DNA of 64,000 nt from Cycas panzhihuaensis. Taxonomy: Eukaryota > Plantae > Cycadophyta. This document shows, one piece after another, positions 9,453-20,280 of this stretch. Each line of letters begins with the position of its first letter. Positions within the stretch are counted from its first letter, which is position 1. Below the pieces are notes generated by a model, which ran no database searches, was not told the origin of the DNA, and worked only from the letters and a program-made list of their open reading frames with translations. Both the position numbers and the translations under genes were made by a program. Location: contig CM041465.1 of NCBI GenBank assembly GCA_023213395.1, positions 220,479,741-220,543,740 of the forward strand. Reading direction: 5' to 3'.

Positions 9453-12007
9453 TGGACACGCTGCTACGGGATAACTACCTAACTGATAGGTGTAAGGGTG
9501 AGTGAGTGGTGGAATGATAGAAGGTGGGACCTAAAAGGTGGGTAACTACCACGCAGGCGCCTGTGTCTTGGGGCCGAGTTCGGGATCTGCAATGGAGTAT
9601 GGCTACTACCGGGTGACCCTTCACCGCTTCGAATAAGGGGTGAAGGTGCGTAGGGCAAACACAGGTTGACACAGGAATAGGACCCTCCCACCCTTGGGTG
9701 GCTTGAAGGGGGGACAAGAAGACCTAATGGAGACAGGCCAAGAGCAATCCTACACAACCTAACCGGGTACACGAGTGATGCGGGAAGCAAGGCACTCGTG
9801 TGGTTAAGGAGAGAGGAGGAAAGGTAGGGGAGAGGAGGACTCCTACGATCTTTCCTACGAATGATAAAGATGCATGGAACAAGACAAACGAATCGCAAAC
9901 AAGTACACAACCATTTTTTCCCTTTTATCCTTCAGTGTACTAATTACTACGAAAGAAATAAAAGGAAAAGAAAGGGTAGCGGAGGGCAAGCGTGCACTGG
10001 AGGCGAAGGCGTGCGAGGCAAGTAACCTTCTCGAGGCGCCCAACCACTCCGTCGACGTCTTGGATGCGAGATATTGCGGCGGACGAAGAGGGGGCTTCCT
10101 TACCTTCCCCGGAAAATCAAATGCGATGCCAAGAAAGAAAGGAAGCGCTAACTAAGAAATGACGTAGCATAAAAACATAACGCATATGAAGGTGCTTACC
10201 GGTAGCTAGGCCCACGGGCGATGCACTCCACGCTTCCCAAGTACACCAAGCAATAGCGGTCTCTTTCTCTTCCTGAAGGAAGAGCACTAACATGCAACAC
10301 AAAAACTCTAACAATATATGCCTAAATAACATAAACGAGAATTTGAATATACATGCGTTAGTGCTAATCCAACAATGAAAGTATCAAAAGAAAGTGACCA
10401 AAGTGAAAGTAAATGATTGGGTAAGCCTCGGAGTGGCCTACCTCCCACAAATGATGCCCAAACCTCTCCCCAAGAGCCATGAGGCAGCGAGGAGAAAGTC
10501 AAGAGCAAGGGCTGGAAAATGGCAGCAAAAAGGGGCAAAGAGAGGCCCAAGGGTACCACGGTGACGGGATGCTATGGAGAGCAACCGGGTGACCGGGAAG
10601 AAAGATGGAGCAAGAAACCAGGTTGGGACTTATGGGTGATGCCCAAACTTGAGAAAAAGGCCCCAAATCAGCGCTACAACTTGTGAGAGTGCTGGTTTGG
10701 ACAACCAAAGGGAGCCTTCAAACCCTTGTTTGCAAGACAAGGCGGCCACAGGCGAGAGGGAGGTTTTGGGGGCTAAGAGCCGCTTTGGAGCGTGGAAGGT
10801 GGTACGGAATCCACCCGGCTCCTCTCCAAAACCTATGCAACCCTCCACACCGCCTTGGGCAAAGAACGCAGGCAAGGAGCACAGGGAGAGTGGTATAACA
10901 GCCCCCAAAAGGGAGGACAACCAACTCCCAAGCAACAAGTAAGAGCAAACAAGCTAAAGCATGAATATCACGAGAAAACAAGCATAAAAACCAGGAATAC
11001 CTGAAGAGAAGAGGCAAGGGATTTGCCTCAGCCAAAGGGCAGTGGAGAGGGACTGATAAATCAGCCCAGATCTGAAGTAGAGCAGGTTTGAAGCCCTGCT
11101 ACGGAGATGTGACGGGAAACACCTATACTTGGGGTGCCTATGGACTGCCTGGGCAAAGACCAGCTGAAAACCACTTCAAGGAGCCCTCTCCAAGGCGTTT
11201 GAGGGGCTGGGAGAATGTCTCAGCCACGCCAAAGGAGAGCTGGGCGTTGTATGAAGAGTGCAGGTCCAGTTGATGCAGACGTGAGGCAGAGAAGAGCAGA
11301 GCAGGAGAGTGTTTCCTTGAGAGCAATTCCAAAAGTGAGCAAAAAGATCCTTGAAAATGAGCCAAAAAGGGCTTAAGTACTCAAGCAAAACCCTAAAGCG
11401 TGCGATTAGGGCGCAGCTGGGAGAGAAATAAAGCGTGAGCCACGTGGCAGTTTCACAATAAATGCGAAATTGCAACGGCGGATTTTTAAAAACAACCTAA
11501 GACAGTCGTACCGCCGGGAATTTCGCAGATCTGCGGATGTCCGTGATCGCAAAAAATCGTGATGCGTGCTAGAAACAAAGCGGGGCCCACCAACCGTCTA
11601 AGTCAGGCGAGATGTGAGAAAAGACTAATAGAAAGCTAAAACACCTACCCGGGAGAAAACAAGCCAACAAAACGGGTCCAAAGGAGCAAAAATAGGGCTC
11701 GAGTGGGGTGGCAAGTTGACCAAATGATGATGAGTCATCACACGAGCGGAGGTGACGTGAACCTAGTGGATCCTGGAGCAAGGAGGCGGATGCGGGAAAT
11801 GTCTGGTCACTGTGGTGCCACACTCCGGGAGTGTGCCCTATAGTCGTCATAGGCTAAAATAAATGTGGACGACTACAAGGTCGCCCACAAAGTCATACAT
11901 ATGCAGAATGCAAGCAAACATCCAAGAAAAAAGCGATGATAATGCGAGACATACCTACACTTACCCGAGTCGGTGATTCGTATCCATTCCGGGCGGAAAT
12001 GTATGCA
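9453..12007 (-). repeat. 5' LTR of Tat-like copy 1 (~2.55 kb)
   Basis: Ends ...GTGTCCA next to the PBS; probable start TGCATAC at 12007 (imperfect terminal inverted repeat); patchy homology to 50053-53140, including the first 60 nt. Confidence 0.75.
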
Positions 12008-12641
12008 AAGGCATCCTCTAATTCTAATGTGTTTTAATATCTTTTGTTTCTCTGTTCTTATCTTAATAATAAACCTGTCAATTCATTAAGAGTTAACTTA
12101 TCTAATCTATCACTATTTGGGTTAATCTATCACTATTTGGGATAATGTTGATGATTGCGTCAAATGATTTTGGTAATCTTGAGGTCACAATTTCCACTAG
12201 ATCTTGTTCAGAAATTAGACCTCCGTCACTCAAGAGATTATTTCGAATAGTAATAATCTTATGCATAAACTCTATTACATCTTCATTTTCTTTCATATGA
12301 AGCTTGTACAATTCTTCTTTGAGAGCAATTATTCTTGCCTTATTCTTTTGTCCATATAAATTTTCTAAACATTTCCAAATTCTAGATGCCAGATTTAATT
12401 TTTCAACATAAATCAGAACTGAATCAGAAATTAACATTTTCAAGGTAAGAATACTTATATTGTTTCTTTCTTCCCAGTTTCCTAGCTTAGCATCACCATC
12501 AGTAGGATGTTTTTCAGTTCCTTCAGTAATACCCCATGCATTTTTTACCCTTAGAATGGTTTCCATTTTAATTTTCCAGACATGATAGTTGGAACCGGTT
12601 AATTTCTTTGGTTCAGGCAGAGAGATGAGTGTGGAAGACAT
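12008..12641 (-). pseudogene. gag: Copia gag (UBN2-type)
   Basis: KLTGSNYHVWKIKMETIL...IWKCLENLY...LKEELYKLHMKENE...RLPKSFD; continues past a 20-bp duplication as LTLNELTGLLL...EDAF. Confidence 0.88.
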
Positions 12642-13532
12642 TATTATCAGAGACAGAAAGTTGTTTTGGGGTCTGGACCATACTATTGTATGGAATTCCA
12701 TACGAAACCCTAAGTATACAGATGAAGATGAAGTGTACCTCAAACTATAGGTATTTCAGGCACCTATTCAAATCTAAAGACAGTTTTGCAAGAAGATTTC
12801 TTAGAAGAAAGCGGCCCAGAAGAGAGAAGCTATGGCTAGGCGTAAACTTGATTTTTAAAAAAATCACAGTGAAAATCTTAAAAATAATCTTCGAAACTGG
12901 CTAGAAACTCTAAGTACAATTGTTAAGAAAGGTTTAAGACTGAGAATATCTAGTTTTATAAGCAGGTCGAAAAGATCTCAAAGCTAAAGTCTCCAAACCC
13001 GCACGAACTAGTTCAGTCTCTGTTTGTCCTAAAAAACATCTCCAGATGACTTCACTACAAAAGAGAAAAGTGTTCTCCATACTATGATCTATCTTCCTAC
13101 CAATTTTTACTTCAATCTGATACCTTTGAAAAAATATGTCTGTACAAGTCTGTACAATTCCATACACCAGGGTATTAATGATCTTTTGGTAGAGCCGAGA
13201 CCCTATCCTCCTTATCTCCTTCTTAGACCTTGATTGGATTATCTTTGACAGAAGAATTCATCTCCAAATGAGCAGTTGAGATTAACCTGCTCTAATACCA
13301 TGTTGGAAATCAAAGCTAAAATAGAACATGATTTGAGCAGAGAAGAGAATGAGTTATTTTTCATTAAGATTTAGTCTCCTTAAATAAATATCAACAATGT
13401 GACTGTTACATATTGAAATGTAACCAATCAGTCTAAGACTGCTAAGTGTCACAATCTTATATTGGTATTACAATTGAGGGTGGTCCCAACATGACCCCCT
13501 TTCTCACTTAAATAAAACATTACATACCAACA
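12008..13532 (-). mobile_element. Ty1/Copia 5' fragment (LTR 13301-13532, tRNA-Met PBS 13289-13300, gag), interrupted by the Tat-like element
   Basis: 232-bp LTR TGTTGG...CCAACA; PBS TGGTATTAGAGC; gag ORF follows. Confidence 0.85.
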
Positions 13533-16500
13533 ATTAGTCCCTCTAAGCTTGGCCCCTCACCACATGAAATGTAGTATAGACAACCCCCATCTATCTCCTA
13601 TTTCAAAATTTTTGGCTTTACTTGTTATGCTCACATTTTCAAGGAACACAAAAACAAGTTCTAGGATAGAGCCTTCAAAGGCATCTTTGTCAGATACCCT
13701 ATGGAAAAAAAGGGATAGAAGGTTTTTCTACCTTCAAAGCACAAAATCATCATCACTAGAGATGTTATCTTTATGGAGACTGAAGATCAATTACTTAGAC
13801 TTGATTCTAAGATGCCTTCATACTGATTTAATGATGGTACTAAATTTGATATCTAGATTCTAAAATTTATGAGGGGAGATACTCAACAGTTGCTTAAAAT
13901 CTTAGAATTTGACAATAAAGCCCCAAAGGATATAAGCTATATCTCTCATCCAATGTGTGTACATCCAACACTATCATTTAAGATAAACCAAGTTGATAAA
14001 AGTAAATCCATAGCAAAAGGACAACCTTCTCAAACATCAGTGGCTAACCCATCTTCTCTAGCATTGCCAACTTCCTCCGTGCCAAACATTTCACATGATC
14101 CTTTTCAGGATCAAAATGAAGACCAAGAGGTTGTAGAAATAAAAATTCATTCTTAACTCGAAGTTTTCATGAAGCTAACCAGCTACACAAGGACATGCAA
14201 CTAGATGATGTAGGTAAAACTAAAAGTGCCTATAGAGTAAGGATACATGAATCACTTTCCATTGAGCTTGAACTAGCAAAATTGCACCTTCCTCTTAATG
14301 AATAGGCCACACTATACTAAGAAGTTGTAAAGCATACATCTTGGAGAAATTCCATAAATGAAGAGTACTAATCTCTTATCAAGAACAATATATGGGAGCT
14401 TGTTGATCTACCACTTAGAAGAAAGGTGGTAGTTCAAAATAAATGGGTGTTCAAAAATAAGTATAGATCATATGGCACCCTAGAAAAACATAAGGCGAGG
14501 TTAGTAACAAAAGGATTCACATAAAGGAAAGGTATCAACTACACTAAAATATTTTCTCCTATAACTAAGTGGCCTACAATCAGAACTCTTATAGCCTTAG
14601 CTACTCAACAGGGTTAGAAAATCCACCAATTCAATGTTAAGACTACATTTCTCAATAAGAATCTTAAAGAAGAAATTTATATGACTCAGCCAGAAGGATA
14701 TGAGATTGTTAGTCGAAAGCATAAGGTTTATAGGCTCAGAAAGTCCTTGTATGGCCTAAAACAAGCCCCACGTGCTTGGTTTACCAAGTTCTCTAAAAGA
14801 ATGAGGTAACTTAGATATGAGGTTTATGACTATCAAGATATTGATGCAATATTATTCATCAAGTGATAAAATGATAAAGTCACATATCTCTTAATCTTTG
14901 TGAATAATATGCTAATAATAGGAAATAGTGAATAAGTAATCAACCAACTGAAGAAGGACCTTACTAAAACTTTTGAATTGTTTGACCATGGGTTGATGAA
15001 ATATTACTTGGAAATTGAAGTAACTCAAAAGAATGGTAAAATCTTTCTCTCCCAAGAAAAATATATCAACGATCTTCTGATAAAATTTTAGTTAGAAGGT
15101 ACTCGACTAGTGGCTACACCTATGGAACCCAATGTTAAACTCATAGTTGATGGCGATACTAGGGAGGCAGATGCATCACTTTACAGGTAACTTGTAAGTA
15201 GTCCCATTTATACTACTACCACAAGGCTAGATATTATACACTCTATTGGAATTCTTGCAAAATTCATGATAAATCCTAAGTAGAATCACTAGCAAGCTAC
15301 AATACGAGTGGTAAGATACCTAAAGACGACTAACAAATATGGTATGTTATATGAACCCAACGTAGAATTTAAACTTTATGTATACATAGACTCAAACTTT
15401 ACCAGAGATAAAAACACAGGAAGATCTATGTCTAGGTACATAATATTTCTTCAAACAACACCAATATCATAGATATCTAGACGATAAAAGATAGTTATAA
15501 ACTTAACTACTAAAGTTGAATATATTATTGCTTCTTAGACAAGCAAGGAGGTGATATAGCTTAAAATTTTATTGAATACATTGAATGCCACCCAAACAAG
15601 TTCTACTAGCTTATATGTAGATAATCAATCTACAATCCAAATGGCTAAAATCTTATATTTCATGATCGTACCAAATAATAAGTATGAAAGTCCACAGGAT
15701 TAGAGAACTAGTTCATGATAACACAATTCAACTCGAATACTTCCCCACAACAGATCAAGTGGCTGATATCTTCACCAAACCACTGAAGAGGGTAAAGTTT
15801 GAATAGTTTCAAAGGTAACTCAGCCTTAAGGCCTCCATCTTCAACTGATTGAAGGAGATGAAAATAGGACCATCATACTCTGTCTTATTCATGAATATCC
15901 CTTATGGGTGTGAAAGGACAAGAGTAAGTCTCTACTCTATCCCATTTGTGAAAGCCCCTTGTGAGCGCAAAAGGAAAAGGGTTGTATCATTTTAAAAAAT
16001 TGAAACCTGTGAAAACCTGAAAGGGCATGGGGGATAACCAAATGGTATATAGAGACTCAATAGATTTCACCTATAAAATTCATTGCAGTGATTGACTATC
16101 TGGCTTCATTTAAAAAGCCACTTGAGCCAGGTTAGTAGATTAGAAAGTCTATGGGTTTTCTTCTCCATGAGGGATTTCCACAAAAGTGTCATAGTAGTTT
16201 GCTTTGTAAGAGGCTCAAATGAAGACCTCATAGGGTAGAATAAAATAGGATGAAATAACCTTCTACCATTAAGGGGAAGATTGAAATGGGTTAATGTCAC
16301 AAGGTCATTACATTAGTTAATTATTTCTAAAAAGGATCTTAAGTGAACTTTAAATTAGATCTCTTAAGTAAAATGCACTTTTATATGCATTATGTATAAT
16401 TTTATTTCACCTAACTCTAATGCTCCCTCTCTCAATATAAAAGTAAAAGCTCAATGGAGGAGGCTTATTCTTACCTCCCCATTTTGTGAGATCTACTCTC

Positions 16501-16579
16501 TTTCTCTCAAGTCTCTCTTGCTCCCATGTTTTCCTTTGTGTTTAGTGCATGGAGATAAAAGATAGATCCACTCTTTTCA
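13533..16579 (+). mobile_element. Degenerate Ty1/Copia 3' half (integrase C-terminus, RT, RNase H, PPT ~15851-15858, probable 3' LTR from 15859)
   Basis: SPHEM.YRQPPSISYFKIFG; KWVFK.K...KHKARLV.KGF; KSLYGLKQAPRAWF; IFVNN (YVDD); YIDSNF; DQVADIFTKPL. The LTR end (TTTTCA at 16579) is uncertain. Confidence 0.85.
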
Positions 16580-16751
16580 ATATTCTTACAGTGAGAAAGC
16601 CTAGTTATGATTCTATCTCCTTTTTATTTAATAGTCAAAATTAAGTATCCTTTATAATTAGCAATTCCTTATAATAAGCAATTCCTCATAGGTTGATTCT
16701 TGCATCTTCTCATATTTATCATTTTGTCTATGAGTTTTTTCCTTTCTCACC

Positions 16752-17150
16752 ATGGAATTAAGCATATATATTAATTTGGGCAATCAAGGTAACCCAACAT
16801 TGTCTATTACTACATGGGTAGTGCATGACCAACTAGGTAATCTCTTAACCTTAGCTGACATGTTCTTATCTCAAGTAACTAATAATAAAGATAAATATAT
16901 TATAGTTATAGGAGCTTTGATAGATGTCTTACATTTTTATCACAGTGCTATTAACTTTTATTTTGATTCCCAAGTTGTAGTCCATCAATTTGTTGGTGTC
17001 TACAATGTTCATTCTCTTAGACTACATTCCCTTCACAATTAGGCTTTGTAATTGTTGTCTTATTTTTCATCAGTCACTATTCAACATGTCTCGTGTGATC
17101 AAAACATTGAAGTTGACTCTTTAGTCTCATATATCCTAAAACACCATTGC
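16752..17150 (+). pseudogene. Archaeal-type RNase HI (aRH) remnant, Tat-type extra RNase H
   Basis: NQGNP...WVVHDQLG...VTNNKDKY..VIGAL...FDSQVVVHQFVGVYNV...FSSVTIQHV..DQNIEVDSLV matches the aRH pattern GNPG..G/TNN.AEY/DS.LVV.Q..G.Y.V/I.HV.R..N..AD.LA. Confidence 0.78.
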
Positions 17151-17459
17151 TCATAATTTTCTTTCTTTAAAGCTAGGGCATCACTTTCAAATAAGCATAA
17201 ACTACCATGTAAATACTATTACCAAAACATAATAAGGAATATCTTAAACACATATACAATATAAAATTAAGCATGTATATGGAACTAATATCATAAAGAG
17301 GAGGAAGGGGGAAATAGGATTGGAGTCAATACTCTTTTAGGTATCTTTAATCTTAGAAAACAAATCAACAATTTTATCTCTCTCTCTCTCTCTCACTATA
17401 TATATATATTTATTTATTTTATTTTTTATTTTTTTTAAGTCATACAGTACATTTAATAT

Positions 17460-19240
17460 ACAATGTTATGGTCTTGTGGCTTCCATAGGCATATATAAAT
17501 CATCATAGCTAGACTTACTCTCACATCTCTACACCCATGGAGTAGACTCATCTCCCTCTTCTCTTAACTCTCCCTTTATATACATGTTCATCCCTATGAA
17601 AGACAATGAGAGCTATCCTATCCTCCTCCCATATGATGATTATATGAATGGTTATGTATTCTCTCTCTCCTATGAGGATCGTATTTTCCCTATTGTCTAC
17701 TTATACTACCTAAAGGAGTTGTATGCTCACCTACCTATAGGATCATCATCCTGTATAGATGTCATCGCTTGTCCTCGATAGATCGCAACTTAGCCTTTCA
17801 TATACCTAATCTCCCTACCACATCTTGGCACATGTCTCATGCTTAAACAATAGGGGAAAAATATTAAATAAGAGGACCTAATAGCACTTGATCATTCTCA
17901 TGCCAAGTAGCAGGCCATTCAAAGGCAAATACATATGGATAATATTGAGGATCCTCCTCACATTGGTAAGATCTATTGTCCTCTCACCTATTACATATAT
18001 ATATCATAATTAATCAACGTATTTAAGGGAAAATTAAAGAAAGCTTCAAACTATCCAGTGATTTAAGCCATCATTTAGCTAATAAAACATAAGTGAAAAG
18101 TACTTGTTAAATGTAGTGCTCCTACATCAGTTAGTCATTAGGGAACCTCTTCCCCTTCCTCCTCACTTGCCACTACTCTATAAGTACTATTAAAGTTGAT
18201 ATTTATGTTTTGAGCAAGGGAACTACCTCATGTTGCTCCATCTATCTCCCCAATAACCTCTTCCTCTTCTCCCCTACCTGCATCTCTTCTCAACTCACCC
18301 ACTTCCTACTCCTTGTTCACCCTATCCTATAATAATGATACTCACTCTTTCATTTCCTCATCCTCCTACCTCACCACTTGCTCCTTGTCCTTTGCCGTTA
18401 GGTATAAGGGGTGGTCTCCCTTCAACTACCCTCTCGGCATCATTGGCCTCACTGTCTATCCACACCTACATCCTATCATAGAGGTTAAGAACTAATTAGT
18501 TCCTTATCATCTTGATCAAAAGAAGACTATAAGTACTCCCAGTTACCATTGCCTATCTATTATGGGCATAAGAATGCATATGCCATATGTTCATGGTAGG
18601 GTCTATAATATTCAACTCACTTGGCAATTTAACTAGTCTCATCAGCAGAATATGGTCATAGAGCCAACCCATAAGGATAGAGCTATAAGAAAAGCCTCCT
18701 TATCCATGTCTTATCTTTGGATGCAACTCAACCACTAACTCATGCTATCAAGGATGAAGCTACAACAATTCATTAGGTACTTACCTCATGCTATCTAATA
18801 ATTCCTACCCACTAAGCTGAAATCCCTATAAAGTTTTGCATCCTATAAATTTGAAATATTATAATCTATACCAACACTTTCCTAAGTGTTGGGATCCCCT
18901 TTGCTATCCTCATGGCCTCCAATAAAATCCTATGGATTCTAAACTAGTCTATAAACCCTATCAAATACTCCTCCTTATATCTCTGACAGTGAGTTATATG
19001 TCTCCAATCTCCAATACCTTGAACTTAGAATACTCGATCTGTAGGTACCCCACAAGCTAATAAAATCCTCTGGTATCTCACATTCCATCACTAACTAGAT
19101 GGATCAACTAGCCTTGGCTAGTCCATGTTGATAAAGAAGCTTCTAATCAGTAGTTGATAGGGCTCTAATGAATGGATCTATGGAGCATCCCTCATTCTGT
19201 CATGTATCGATCCTCTGAAGGGGCTACATCATGACAGAGA
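17460..19240 (-). pseudogene. Third, older PMD-family extra gene (degenerate), putative intron 17988-18103
   Basis: Minus-strand blocks PFIRALSTTD*KLLYQHGLAKA, GDI*LTVRDI, IIFQIYRMQNFIGISA*WVGIIR*HE and MGWLYDHI align with copy-1 SYMEMMTQEDRDMLERCGLYKA, GDVMVTPRDI, ILFQIYRKKNYGEIPGGWMDAVRHCE and RCWYFDHL; an acidic tract follows. Confidence 0.72.
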
Positions 19241-20042
19241 AAATTGGATTTAGTGTTATTTATTAACATTTATAAACTAGAAAAAGCTCAACCTTTGTTA
19301 ACTTTTTAAAATTTTAATAAAAAATATAATATACCAATCAAAAAGTGATAAGCAAGCTAAAAACGTAAAGAATAGATCAAAACATGATAGATTAGTCAAA
19401 AAACATAATTTCTTAAAACTCTAGTTTTGAAATTTGTATTTTTGATCTATTTATTACATTTTTTACCCTTTCTTACATAATCCACTAAAAATATCATATT
19501 TTTGGCAAAAAATACATAAAAATAAAAAAATTACACTATTGACTTGCCAAATACCAGACACCATGTTGCATCTCTACTCTCTCGACTTAACAAAGCTTGT
19601 CAAATGCTAGAAATGTCTCTCCAAATACATGAAATCTTAATCTAAGTATAGTAATAACTCTCTAATTCCAACTCTTACCTATAAAATAAAGTTAGATAGG
19701 AATCCTTTTTATTATCAATGGGTCTTTTTGTCTAAGGAGATTTCATTTTTTTAATTAGCTTTTCCCAAGTAACTAACTCTTACAAGCTTTTTAGTTCATA
19801 GGTTTTTCTTTATTTCAAATGGGTTTTTTATACCTAGATATACCTTCCTTCTTAACTTTTTGCCTACTATTAATAAGGCAATTAAAGTTGAGATGGTTGA
19901 GAAATTTAATCCAAAGGTTAATTATTTGAATCATATACTTGTTCATAGTCTATGGGATTATTTTTTCATCCTCATTCTAAATTTTACCTCTTTTTAACAT
20001 CTGGCTCTCCCTAAAAATATTTTGCTTTGAAAAACTTCACTA

Positions 20043-20280
20043 CTAAAGAGCCTAAACTATGGTAATCTTTATTACACGTACTTGAAAACAATATGCTCCA
20101 AAAGGTCACCTTCTAAAGAGCCTAAACTCTGGTAGTCTCCATTACATACTAATGATGGGTGTCTTCCTCTAAAATCTCATAGTCCTACTTATTTAAGGGA
20201 TCTGAAAATGGTCACTAATAAGAGAAACTAGGTGATTATCCCCTCTAAAGCATTTCTAATGAGGTTAAACTATGGTAGCT
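20043..20280 (+). repeat. Imperfect ~70-bp repeats containing CTAAAGAGCCTAAACT(A/C)TGGTA
   Basis: Copies at 20043 and 20113, and a degenerate copy at ~20244-20280. Confidence 0.6.

Larger units (their letters stand above)
1..12007 (-). mobile_element. Ty3/Gypsy non-chromovirus (Tat-like) LTR retrotransposon, copy 1; 3' part runs off the left edge
   Basis: Minus-strand order LTR-PBS-gag-PROT-RT-RH-INT, followed by an antisense extra ORF; collinear with the element at 50053-64000; abrupt junction with a Copia gag at ~12007. Confidence 0.93.

Noticed and set aside
9475-11850. Short ORFs within the Tat LTR
   Set aside because: No recognisable domains and no evident peptide conservation in the copy-2 LTR.
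13533-13550. PPT-like AAGCTTAGAGGGACTAAT next to the 232-bp LTR, suggesting a tandem or TRIM array
   Set aside because: It translates on + as ISPSKLGPSPHEM, i.e. the host Copia integrase.
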